Assembly: GCA_947167695.1 (NCBI GenBank)
Contig: CAMVIX010000001.1
Span: forward strand, 8,680-72,679
Source of the DNA: an uncultured Clostridiaceae bacterium
Lineage (GTDB): Bacteria; Bacillota; Clostridia; TANB77; CAG-508
Length of the DNA stretch: 64,000 nucleotides
Direction of reading: 5' to 3'
The translations under genes were made by a program, and so were the position numbers. The notes below the pieces were generated by a model, which was not told the DNA's origin, did not search any database, and saw nothing but the letters and a program-made list of their open reading frames with translations. Positions 19,192-29,096 of the stretch are shown here, piece after piece (the stretch's first letter is position 1; the number at the start of each line of letters is the position of its first letter).

Positions 19192-19400
19192 ATTATTCAG
19201 TAACTATCAATGCCTAAATAAAATGCTTGCTAATTTGCTTTCCTTGTAATATAATCTTTTTATGAAAAAACAGGAGAAAAGAATGGATAAAGATGACTTT
19301 GATACTTTTTGTGCATAGTCTTTTCTCTTGCCGTTGCATGCTTTATGACTTATTGCATTGAAAAACCCATTTATAAATTAATAATGAAAGGAAAACCAAA

Positions 19401-21306
19401 ATGTTAGGTATAATTTTGTATTTATATTTTTTATTAATTGGCTTTATATATGCACGATTTGCCTTAAAGGACAAAGATCCATTCTTTTGCCTTTGGATAG
19501 GTGGAATTTTAGGTAATTTAATTGCAATCGTGCGGAATAATTATTCCATCTTTATTTTTTGGTTTTACTGTTTTAAGTCACATCATATTATTAATTTTAT
19601 CATTTTTACCTTTGCTTTTTATAATAAAGAAAAATGGGTTAAATGGAATAAAAAATATAGTGTTTTCCAAAAGTGAAACTAACCATAAAAAAGTGTTTAT
19701 ATTCTTAATATTGCCACTTACTGTACTAATCTCTGTTTTATTAACAAATCATATTCTAGTCCCTACGGAAAGCGGAGGAGTTGCAAGTGGACAAGCCACC
19801 TATGGTGATTTGAATATGCATTTAGGCTTTATAACAAGTATTGCAGAACAAGGAAAATTCCCTCCAGACTATGTATTCCTTTCTGGGTATAAGCTAGATT
19901 ATCCTTTCTTTGTGAACATGTTATCATCAAGTTTGTATCTGTTTGGCTGTCCTTTAAGGTGGGCTGTACTTATTCCAAGCTATGTAATAGCTATGCTACT
20001 TGTAATGGGATTTTATTTTGTTGGATATAAAATTACAAATAAAAAATCTGTTGCCGTGCTCGCTACTTTGTTCTTTTTTCTATGTGGTGGATTCGGCTTT
20101 ACTTACTTTCTAAATGGTGCTAGGCAAGATAGTACAATATTTACAAGAATTTTTACTGAATTTTATAAAACGCCAACAAATCTCAATGAAAATAATATCC
20201 GTTGGGCAAACTCTATATGTGATATGATAATACCGCAAAGGACTACTATGGCTGGATGGTGTGTATTTTTACCATGTTTGTGGTTTTTAGTTGATGCTTT
20301 AAAAAATAAAAGCAGAAAGAGTTACATAATTACTGGAATTCTCGCTGGATGTCTTCCCATGATACATACACATTCGTTTCTAGCTTTGGGTATTATTTGT
20401 GCTACACTATTCTTTGCATTTCTTTTTAAGGAAGAAAACAAGAAAGAATATATTATTAATTGGGTAATATTTGGCACAATTACTGCTATTTTAGCTGTTC
20501 CGCAACTTTTTTTATGGACATTTCAGCAAACATCTCAAAATAGTTATCCAATTAGATTTCATTTTAATTGGGTAAATCAACAAGATCCATATATCTGGTT
20601 TTACATTAAAAATTGGGGTATAATAGCACTGTTTGCATTACCAGCAGTGATTTATGCCAATAAAGACAATAAAAAGCTGTTTGTCAGTGCTTTAGCAGTA
20701 TTTGCTGTAGCAGAACTTGTCTTATTCCAGCCTAATGAATATGATAATAATAAGCTGCTGTTTATTAGCTATATGATAATTACTATTTTAGTAAGTGACT
20801 GGTTTATATATATTTGGAACAGACTCAAAGGGATTAAAGGTAGTGTTTATGTAGCAATATTAATAATCTTTCTAGGTACATTTTCAGGTGTTCTTACAAT
20901 TGGAAGAGAAATTTATAGTGGCGGAATGTATGAAACCTTTTCAAAAGATATGATAGAAATGAGCGAATACATAAAAGAAAACACTCCAAAAAATGCTGTA
21001 TTCTTAACATCCACAACCTTTATTAATCCTGTAGCTACTTTAGCAGGTCGTAACATATATGTTGGCTCTTCCCTATATGTCTATTTCCATGGTCTTGGTG
21101 ATGAATATAGCAGGCGTAGTAAAGAAGTTGAAAATGTATATAAAGGCTCTTATGAGGATTTAGTTGCTTTTTGCACTAAAAACAATATAGAATATGTATA
21201 TGTTGGAAATTACGAATTGAATTCATACAATTTAAACGTTCAAATTTTAGACAAACTTGAAAAAATAAAAAATATTGGTACTGAAACATTATATAAAATA
21301 AAATAA
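19401..21306 (+). pseudogene. Large polytopic membrane protein, putative GT-C-type glycosyltransferase; probable +1 frameshift in the T run at 19551-19560
   Basis: The 594-aa ORF (19522..) has no ATG until ~aa 95. The upstream in-frame-1 ORF 19401.. supplies an ATG, an RBS and a transmembrane helix. The C-terminal soluble domain is ~120 aa. Confidence 0.45.
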
Positions 21307-21313
21307 AATAAAC

Positions 21314-22987
21314 ATGGGGGTATATATGAAAATAAAGTCAATTTTAAGTAAAGATTACGTAAAAGATATTCTTATTATAGGTATTTTAGTAATTGTCTAT
21401 AGTATAATTTCATTCATACGTTTAGGTAACATCGTTAGTCCTCAGACATTTGGTGAGTTTACTTATGGGCAAGAAACAATATTTGAATTAGAAAAGCCAA
21501 CACAAATTTCAAAATTACGATATTTTTTAGGAGATAAAGAAGGAAAGTTTGATGTGTTCGGTTCTGCAGACGGCATTAATTACTCAAATTTAGGTGAAAT
21601 AAATGATTTTGTTCTTGCCTGGACAGACCTTAACATTAATGGAACTTATAAATACATTAAAATATTCCCTAAGAAAAATGGCAATATAGGAGAAATACAG
21701 CTTTATGATAAATTTTCAAATAAAATAAAAATTGCAACCGATTATAGCGAAGGTAAAAAGCTAATAGATGAGCCTAATACTGTGCCCGAAGTAATTAGTC
21801 ATGAAAATTCTGCATATTTTGACGAAATATATTTTGCAACAAGTAGCTATGAGTATGCAAATGGACTTCCTGCAACAGAATATACTCACCCTCACCTTGG
21901 AAAAATCTTGCAATCTATTCCAGTTGTTCTATTCGGAATTAGTCCATTTTCATATAGGCTAATGGGAAATTTAGCTGGAATAGGCATAATCATTGTGATG
22001 TATATTTTAGGAAAATTAATATTTAAAAAACGCTTATATGCCTTTCTTGCAGCATTTTTAATGGCATTTGATAATTTTCACTTTTCTCAAACCAGGCTTG
22101 GTACTGTTGATGGAAGCTTAATATTCTTTTGTTTAACAAGTGCACTATTTATGTATAGGTATTTTCTCCTTGGAAATGATGCAACCTTGAAAAAGAAGCT
22201 TTTTAATCTGTTCTTTTGTGGGTTGTTCTTTGGATGTGCAGTTTGTGTAAAATGGATGGGATTTTATACAGGCCTTGGTCTTGCACTTATATTCTTTGGA
22301 AAAATGATATATGATAGTATTAAAGCGAAAAAATTTGATAAGCAAAATATAATAATTATGCTTGCTTGTGTTTTGTTTTTTGTTATAATTCCATGTATTA
22401 TCTATATTTCAATTTATTTTAATTTTGAAACTGTTCATGGAAAAATTAACAATATGGATGATTTCTTTAAATTAACTTATGATATGTTTAATTTCCACTC
22501 TACATTAACTGCAACTCATCCATTTTCATCGTCGTGGTATACTTGGCCTATTATGTTAAAGCCAGTTTGGTTACGTGTCGGTCATATAAATGATAGCACC
22601 GTTTCTACAATTTCAAATATTGGTAACCCTGCTATTTGGTGGTTTGGCGTTATAGCCCTTATATATGTATTAATTAAATTAATCGCCAAAAGAAAAAAAG
22701 AAGAAATATTCATTATTGTAATGTATCTTTCAGTTTGGCTACCATATGTATTCATTGGTAGAGTAATGTTCTTGTATCATTACTTTATGGCTTTGCCTTT
22801 TGTAATGTTTGCAATTGTCGATTTTATAAAATTTTTATATGAAAAGTTTAATAAAAAATGGATTATATGGGGCTACATGTTAATTGTCTTTATAATGTTC
22901 TGGGTATTTTATCCAGTATCATCTGGTATGCCTGTTCCAAACACATATGTAGAATCGCTTCGTTGGTTAAGCACGTGGATTTTTTAA
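21314..22987 (+). CDS. PMT-family (GT39-like) GT-C glycosyltransferase with an inserted ~120-aa beta-rich (discoidin-like) domain in loop 1
   Basis: FDEIYFA motif, HPHLGK and multiple transmembrane helices typical of the bacterial PMT/YkcB family. An extra domain (GEFTYGQETIFE...KYIKIFPKKNG) lies between TM1 and the DE motif. Confidence 0.65.
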   Translation: MGVYMKIKSILSKDYVKDILIIGILVIVYSIISFIRLGNIVSPQTFGEFTYGQETIFELEKPTQISKLRYFLGDKEGKFDVFGSADGINYSNLGEINDFVLAWTDLNINGTYKYIKIFPKKNGNIGEIQLYDKFSNKIKIATDYSEGKKLIDEPNTVPEVISHENSAYFDEIYFATSSYEYANGLPATEYTHPHLGKILQSIPVVLFGISPFSYRLMGNLAGIGIIIVMYILGKLIFKKRLYAFLAAFLMAFDNFHFSQTRLGTVDGSLIFFCLTSALFMYRYFLLGNDATLKKKLFNLFFCGLFFGCAVCVKWMGFYTGLGLALIFFGKMIYDSIKAKKFDKQNIIIMLACVLFFVIIPCIIYISIYFNFETVHGKINNMDDFFKLTYDMFNFHSTLTATHPFSSSWYTWPIMLKPVWLRVGHINDSTVSTISNIGNPAIWWFGVIALIYVLIKLIAKRKKEEIFIIVMYLSVWLPYVFIGRVMFLYHYFMALPFVMFAIVDFIKFLYEKFNKKWIIWGYMLIVFIMFWVFYPVSSGMPVPNTYVESLRWLSTWIF

Positions 22988-23006
22988 AGGAAGGAGTTAA
23001 TATAAA

Positions 23007-24212
23007 TTGAAACAATTTACACAAAATTTATGGAATTTTATTGATAAATATAAAATATGGATTTTTTTCGTAATTATAAGTGTACTTGCAATTTCTTTAA
23101 GGGTTCAGCTATATGATTACTCGTATGGCGATTATGAAATGTTTTTAAAGCCATGGTTTGAAGAGTTACGAACTGGTGGAGGGTTATTTGCCCTAGGCAA
23201 AGGAATTGGAAATTATAATGCTCCATACATGACATTACTTGCGTTCCTTACATATTTACCCTTATCATCTTTGGTGTCTATAAAAACAGTATCAGTTATA
23301 TTTGATTTTGTTTGTGCAATAGCAGTTTTTAAAATCGCACTATATATTTTAAAAGGAAATAAGCACAAAGAAAAAATTGCTTTGTTGCTATATGCTACCA
23401 CATTATTTTTGCCTACTGTTTTCCTTAACTCAGCTTGTTGGGCTCAAGCAGATTCAATATATACAGCATTTATATTGATTTCATTATTATACTTAATAAA
23501 ACAAAAATATGTAAAAGCATTTATATTTTTAGGTATAGCATTTTCATTTAAATTGCAGTTTATATTTATCCTGCCACTATATATATTAGTGTATATTTCG
23601 GAAAGGAAATTTTCAATTTTTCATTTTCTAATTCCAGTAGCAGTAAATTTTGTAATGTGTATTCCTTCGCTAATATTTGGTAATACATTGGAAAATTGTA
23701 TAAACGTATATATAAGTCAAATTGGAACATATAATGAATATATTACTCTTAATTTCCCTAATTTTTATAGTATATTTTTTGGAGGTTCTTCACACCTAGT
23801 TGATACACCAAACGCAGTTATACCACCTGCAGGAATTTTTATTACTTTATTTATATATATTATAATTGCTTTTCTTGTACTATATAAAAAAACCAAGTTC
23901 GACTCCAGAGCAATAATCGAATTTGGTCTATGGTCTGTTATGATAGCCACATTTTTCTTGCCACATATGCATGATAGGTATTTATTTATGGGAGATATAT
24001 TAGCACTTCTTTATTTGCTATTTAATAGGAAAAAATTTTATATACCTGTAATGATAGAATTAATTTCTCTTTATGGATATATGTATTTGCTATTTAGTTC
24101 ATTTAATTTAGAAATGAAATTTGTAGGAATTATGTATTTGGTACTAATAGTGATTTACAGTAAAGATATGTATGAAAAATATTTTCTTGAAAAAACAATT
24201 AAAGATGAGTAG
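23007..24212 (+). CDS. Polytopic membrane protein, GT-C-like (DUF2029/GPI-mannosyltransferase-like)
   Basis: About 10 transmembrane helices; architecture resembles GT87/DUF2029. Confidence 0.45.
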   Translation: MKQFTQNLWNFIDKYKIWIFFVIISVLAISLRVQLYDYSYGDYEMFLKPWFEELRTGGGLFALGKGIGNYNAPYMTLLAFLTYLPLSSLVSIKTVSVIFDFVCAIAVFKIALYILKGNKHKEKIALLLYATTLFLPTVFLNSACWAQADSIYTAFILISLLYLIKQKYVKAFIFLGIAFSFKLQFIFILPLYILVYISERKFSIFHFLIPVAVNFVMCIPSLIFGNTLENCINVYISQIGTYNEYITLNFPNFYSIFFGGSSHLVDTPNAVIPPAGIFITLFIYIIIAFLVLYKKTKFDSRAIIEFGLWSVMIATFFLPHMHDRYLFMGDILALLYLLFNRKKFYIPVMIELISLYGYMYLLFSSFNLEMKFVGIMYLVLIVIYSKDMYEKYFLEKTIKDE

Positions 24213-24221
24213 TGCTTCGCA

Positions 24222-25538
24222 CTACTCATCTTTAATTGTTTTTATTATTTTCTCTATTGTTTCTCTTACCTGTTCTCCTGTTTTCATATTTTTAAGCGTA
24301 TACATTTTTGTTTGTCTTTCTTCTTCGCCTATTATTATGGCATATGGAATTTGCCATTTGTCTGCGTATTTCATTTTCTTTTTTATTTTAGCATCTTCTA
24401 AGTATACATCTGTGTTTATTCCACAGCTTCTTAATTTAGTTGCAACTTGTAGGCTTTCTTCAATGTCTTCATCCATTGGAATTACTACTACATCAGATAT
24501 TGCTTCTTTTTTTACTTTTATTTGATTTATCTCATTTAGCTGATAGAATAGTCTTGTAAGTCCTATAGAAATTCCAACTCCCGGAAGTTTTTTATCTGTA
24601 TAATATTCTGCTAAGTTATCATATCTTCCTCCTGAGCAAATGCTTCCTAATTTTTTATATTCATTTAAAAATGTTTCATATACTGTTCCTGTGTAATAAT
24701 CTAAGCCTCTTGCAATTTTTAAGTCTATATCAAAGTAGTTGTCCGGAAGGCCGAATGCACGTATGTATTTTACAGTATCCCTTAACTCTTGAAGTCCTGT
24801 TTTAAAGGTTTCATCTACTATATCAAGTTTATCAAGCGACTCTAATTTTTCATCTTTATTTCCTTTAATAGAAATAAATTCCATTATTTTTTTTATGTTG
24901 TTTTCTTTTAAACCTAAATTTTTAAGCTCTAAGGCTACTGCTTCTGTCCCTATTTTATCTATTTTATCAATTATTCTTAAAATATCTGCTGCATTTTCAG
25001 TTAAGCCTAAATTATTAAATAACCCATTTAGAATTTTGCGGTTATTTATGCATATTGTAAAATCGTCAAACCCCAGTTCTTTAAATGTATTATATATTAC
25101 AACTGGCATTTGTGCATCATTTATTATGCTTAAATTTTCATCTCCAATTATGTCTATATCGCATTGATAAAATTCACGGTATCTGCCTTTTTGCGCTTTT
25201 TCTCCACGATACACCTTTCCTATTTGATACCTTTTAAATGGAAAACTCAATGCTCCCTCGTATTCTGCTACATATTTTGCAAGTGGTACTGTTAAGTCAA
25301 ACCTAAGTGAAAGGTCTGTCTCGCCTTTTGTGAATCTATATATTTGCTTTTCAGTTTCTCCACCTGCTTTTGCAAGTAACACTTCTGAATACTCAATAAC
25401 TGGTGTATCTAAGGGTAAGAATCCAAAGCGTTCATATGAACGCTTTATAGTTTCCATCATTTCATTAAATTTTATTTGGTCTTGTGGAGAAAGCTCCATA
25501 AAACCTGGCAGTGTTTTTGCTTCGATTTTTTCTTGCAT
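24222..25538 (-). CDS. hisS: Histidine-tRNA ligase
   Basis: Class II motifs (FRxE-like RFDLTVP, GGRYD) plus a C-terminal anticodon-binding domain; 438 aa. Confidence 0.85.
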   Translation of the reverse strand: MQEKIEAKTLPGFMELSPQDQIKFNEMMETIKRSYERFGFLPLDTPVIEYSEVLLAKAGGETEKQIYRFTKGETDLSLRFDLTVPLAKYVAEYEGALSFPFKRYQIGKVYRGEKAQKGRYREFYQCDIDIIGDENLSIINDAQMPVVIYNTFKELGFDDFTICINNRKILNGLFNNLGLTENAADILRIIDKIDKIGTEAVALELKNLGLKENNIKKIMEFISIKGNKDEKLESLDKLDIVDETFKTGLQELRDTVKYIRAFGLPDNYFDIDLKIARGLDYYTGTVYETFLNEYKKLGSICSGGRYDNLAEYYTDKKLPGVGISIGLTRLFYQLNEINQIKVKKEAISDVVVIPMDEDIEESLQVATKLRSCGINTDVYLEDAKIKKKMKYADKWQIPYAIIIGEEERQTKMYTLKNMKTGEQVRETIEKIIKTIKDE

Positions 25539-25560
25539 TTTATCACCTCTTTAGAGTTCT

Positions 25561-25593
25561 TATGGAGCATTTAAGTCGCTCCGCTACGATTGC
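25561..25593. repeat. Inverted partial copy of the 16.5-kb structured element (TATGGAGCATTTAAGTCGCTCCGCTACGATTGC)
   Basis: About 27/32 identity to the reverse complement of 16543-16575. Confidence 0.45.
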
Positions 25594-25613
25594 TCATATA
25601 TTACTTTACACTA

Positions 25614-27005
25614 TTAAAATTCTGCGTATTTTGGTGCTCTTGGGTATGGTATTACATCTCTAATATTCTCCATACCTGTTATATATCTCATCATTCTTTC
25701 TAATCCCATTCCAAAACCACTATGTGTGCATGTTCCAAATCGTCTTAAATCTGTATACCAGCTGTAATCCTCTGGGTTTAATCCCATTTCTTTAATTCTG
25801 TTTACTAAAACATCATATCTTGCTTCCCTTTGACTTGCACCTACTATTTCTCCAAGGCCAGGGAATAGTAAATCTGTTGCAGCAACTGTCTCTCCGTCGT
25901 CATTTACCTTCATGTAGAAAGCTTTTATTCCTTTTGGATAATCTGCAACAAAAACAGGTTTTTTAAAGTATTCATCTGCTAAATATCTTTCATGCTCTGT
26001 TTGGATTCCACCCTCTGTGTCTACAGGAACGCTAAATTCTTTTCCAGATTTTTTAAGTATTTCCATTGCATCTTTATAGCTAATTCTTGCGAAGTTTGAA
26101 TTTGCTACATTTTCAAGTTTTGCAATTAAACCCGGCTCAACAAATTGGTCAAATAATTTTAATTCTAGCTGACAATTATCTAGTACATATTTTATGATAT
26201 ACCTACTTAGTCCCTCTATTGTTTCAATTAAGTCATCTAAATCTGCAAATGCCATTTCAGGCTCTACTTGCCAGAATTCTGCTACATGTCGAGTCGTATT
26301 TGAGTTTTCTGCTCTAAAGCATGGACCAAATGTATAAACTTTTCTATATGCCATAGCAAAAGGCTCCACGTTTAATTGTCCGCTTACAGTCATATATGCT
26401 GGCTTGCCAAAGAAATCTTGTGAATAATCGAATTTTCCTTCTTCATTTAATGGCAAATTATCGAAATCCACAGTTGTAATTTTGAATACCTCTCCTGCTC
26501 CCTCGCAGTCTGAAGTTGTTATACATGGTGTTGGAACATATACGAAGCCATTTTCATTTAAATATTTATGAATTGCATAATTTAAAACAGACCTTACTCT
26601 AAATATTGCAGAAAATAGATTTGTTCTGGCTCTTAAATGAGGAAGTGTTCTTAAATATTCATATGAGTGTCTCTTTTTTTGCAAAGGATAGCTTTGGTCT
26701 GCTAAGCCCTCCACCTCTATTTTTTTAGCTTGAATCTCATACTTTTGCTGCTCATTTGGAGAAAGCACAATATCTCCTAAAACCTTTAAGCAACTACCTA
26801 TTGTTATCTTTGAAATTTCTTCAAAATTCTCTAGTTTATCATCAAATACTATTTGAATTGTTTTTTGAATTGTTCCATCAAACAATTCAATAAAACCTAT
26901 TGCTTTTGATAATCTAGATGTGCGTACCCAGCCTCCAAGATACACTTCTCCAAGTTCGCCTCTATCTGCAATTTCGTATACTTCCTTAATTGATTTAACC
27001 TTCAT
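25614..27005 (-). CDS. asnS: Asparagine-tRNA ligase
   Basis: N-terminal OB fold plus the class IIb catalytic core (FRAE, GLGLERM). Confidence 0.85.
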   Translation of the reverse strand: MKVKSIKEVYEIADRGELGEVYLGGWVRTSRLSKAIGFIELFDGTIQKTIQIVFDDKLENFEEISKITIGSCLKVLGDIVLSPNEQQKYEIQAKKIEVEGLADQSYPLQKKRHSYEYLRTLPHLRARTNLFSAIFRVRSVLNYAIHKYLNENGFVYVPTPCITTSDCEGAGEVFKITTVDFDNLPLNEEGKFDYSQDFFGKPAYMTVSGQLNVEPFAMAYRKVYTFGPCFRAENSNTTRHVAEFWQVEPEMAFADLDDLIETIEGLSRYIIKYVLDNCQLELKLFDQFVEPGLIAKLENVANSNFARISYKDAMEILKKSGKEFSVPVDTEGGIQTEHERYLADEYFKKPVFVADYPKGIKAFYMKVNDDGETVAATDLLFPGLGEIVGASQREARYDVLVNRIKEMGLNPEDYSWYTDLRRFGTCTHSGFGMGLERMMRYITGMENIRDVIPYPRAPKYAEF

Positions 27006-27086
27006 AAGATTGTCCTCCTTTAATTTGTTTTTATTTTATAATATATTTAATAATATTTCAATAAAAATTATTTAAAATCCGCTCCC

Positions 27087-27207
27087 GGGAAGTTATATTT
27101 TTTTCTTTCTCGTTGCCCCATCCTAGCAATTGTAACTCGCTATCGCTCGAACAATTGCTACGGCGGTCACCCCGGAATCACTCGAAGAAAAAAATATGGA
27201 ACTTCCC
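27087..27207. repeat. ~120-bp nested palindromic element in the asnS leader / cysS trailer
   Basis: Outer arms GGGAAGTTATATTTTTTT / AAAAAAATATGGAACTTCCC and inner stem AGCAATTGT...ACAATTGCT. It contains a GGGGTGACCGCCG segment with weak similarity to a T-box. Confidence 0.4.
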
Positions 27208-27270
27208 TCGCGCTACTGTTGAGGCATTTTAGGCATTCATAAGCCAATGTGTGTCCTCTGTTTTAGAGTA

Positions 27271-28734
27271 TTAGTACAATGCCTTCATGTCCCAAACCGT
27301 CCCTTCAGGTGTATCATTCAAAATAATACCCTTTTCGTCTAGTTCTGCTCTTATAGTATCTGCCGTAGCATAGTCTTTGTCTTTCTTTGCGTTGGCTCTT
27401 TTTTGTATTTCTTCTCCAATATATTCTGGATCTAAATTTATTTTTCTTAAATATTTATTTTTCATTTCATTTATAAATTCTGATGGATTTTGTGTAAAAA
27501 ATCCAAGTACACCATAGCATTCTTTTACATCTTCCAATATTTTTGCAACTGTATTTGCAGTAATCTGTCTATTTCCTTTATTTGCCGTTTTCATTATATT
27601 ATTCACATATTTAAAAATAACATGCAAATTTGCAATAGCACTTGAAGTATTAAAATCATCATCCATTGCTTCTATAAACTTTTCTTTTACAGTATTTACT
27701 GTTTCATCTTCTAGTTTTTCCCCACTAGCGTTTCCGTTATAGTTTTGTATAAATTTTTGCATAGCTCCAATTGAGTTGCAGAAATAGTACATGTGTTTCT
27801 CTGCTTGTGTATAGTCTTCATCATGAATATCAATATCTGATGCATAGTGTTTTGAATGCATTACATATTTTAATACTTCATAATTATACATTTTTAAAGC
27901 ATCTCTTATTGTAAGAGAATTTCCAAGAGATTTGCTCATTTTTTCTCCATTTATTTTTATTAATCCGCAATGTGACCAATATTTGGCAAATTCTTTTCCT
28001 GTTAATGCTTCACTTTGTGCTATTTCATTTTCGTGGTGTGGGAATATTAGGTCTCTTCCTCCACCATGTATGTCTATGGTCTCTCCTAGTGTATCTGTTG
28101 CCATTACAGAGCATTCTATATGCCAGCCTGGTCTACCTTTCCCCCAAGGTGAGTCCCAAGATATTTCGCCCGTTTTTGCAGATTTCCAAAGAGCAAAATC
28201 TATTGGATCTTCCTTGCCCGCTTCTACTTCTACACGAACACCATTTAAAAGTTCGTCTATTTTTCTATGTGATAGCTTTCCGTAGTTTCTAAAATTCCTT
28301 ACTTTGTAATATACATCTCCATTAGGAGCTACATATGCCATATCTTTTTTTATCAATCCATCTACAAATTCAATAATCTTGCTAATATACTCCGATGCTT
28401 TTGTTTTAATATCCGCTTCTGTAATATGTAGCCCTGCCATGTCCTTTTCTGTTTCTTCTATTTGATATTTAGAAAATTCTAGTGCATCTTTTCCAAGTGC
28501 ATTTGCTCTTGCAATTATTTTGTCATCAACGTCTGTATAATTTCTAACATATTTTACATTATACCCTCTGTATCTTAAATAATCTGCAATCATTGCGTAC
28601 ACTATTGCTTGCCTTGCATGACCTATATGGCTTAAGTCGTATGTAGTTACTCCGCAGGCATACATTTTAACATTGTTCCCATCTATTGGAACAAATTCCT
28701 CTTTTCTGCCTGTCATTGAATTGTAAATTTTCAT
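27271..28734 (-). CDS. cysS: Cysteine-tRNA ligase
   Basis: HIGH-type CGVTTYDLSHIGHAR and KMSKS. The start is taken at MKIYNS with RBS GGGAGGA. Confidence 0.9.
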   Translation of the reverse strand: MKIYNSMTGRKEEFVPIDGNNVKMYACGVTTYDLSHIGHARQAIVYAMIADYLRYRGYNVKYVRNYTDVDDKIIARANALGKDALEFSKYQIEETEKDMAGLHITEADIKTKASEYISKIIEFVDGLIKKDMAYVAPNGDVYYKVRNFRNYGKLSHRKIDELLNGVRVEVEAGKEDPIDFALWKSAKTGEISWDSPWGKGRPGWHIECSVMATDTLGETIDIHGGGRDLIFPHHENEIAQSEALTGKEFAKYWSHCGLIKINGEKMSKSLGNSLTIRDALKMYNYEVLKYVMHSKHYASDIDIHDEDYTQAEKHMYYFCNSIGAMQKFIQNYNGNASGEKLEDETVNTVKEKFIEAMDDDFNTSSAIANLHVIFKYVNNIMKTANKGNRQITANTVAKILEDVKECYGVLGFFTQNPSEFINEMKNKYLRKINLDPEYIGEEIQKRANAKKDKDYATADTIRAELDEKGIILNDTPEGTVWDMKALY

Positions 28735-28814
28735 CTGCATTCCTCCCTTTTAAAATGTGTTTTACTCTGAGCCAATGGCAGCATTCCTTAGCAGAAGGTG
28801 TGTCCCCTTAGCTC

Positions 28815-28847
28815 AACAAAAAAACTATGTGTTTTTTTCCCACATAG
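28815..28847 (-). terminator. Intrinsic terminator/attenuator inside the cysS 5' leader
   Basis: CTATGTG-GGAAAAAAA-CACATAG followed by U7 on the minus-strand transcript, about 90 nt upstream of the cysS ATG. Confidence 0.5.
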
Positions 28848-29002
28848 TTCTTATAATCTATTTAAAATGAAATATAATCACTATTGCAGGTATGCTAAAA
28901 TTTACTCATATCTACAACAGATAGAGTATTTAACAAAAGCAACAATTATGATTATTATTTCTTTTACTCATTGTTATTTATCCCCTTCAATTTATGTTTA
29001 TA

Positions 29003-29030
29003 TTATATGCGTTTTTTTTAGCTTTGTCAA
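29003..29030 (-). promoter_or_regulatory. Consensus sigma-A promoter (TTGACA-N17-TATAAT) for the cysS leader
   Basis: Perfect hexamers on the minus strand, about 255 nt upstream of cysS. Confidence 0.55.
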
Positions 29031-29096
29031 CCAGATTTGGAAAATTTTATTGTTATACTGCAAATTTCATGCTATAATTTGAGCAGGTGATTCTAA

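Noticed and set aside
19401-19676. Stand-alone 91-aa ORF
   Set aside because: It is better explained as the true N-terminus of the 594-aa membrane protein, displaced by a homopolymer indel.
27006-27270. T-box riboswitch for asnS
   Set aside because: The size and position are right. However, the conserved AGGGTGGNACCGCG box and a specifier-loop architecture are not found, and the symmetric palindromic structure does not fit. It is downgraded to an unclassified element.
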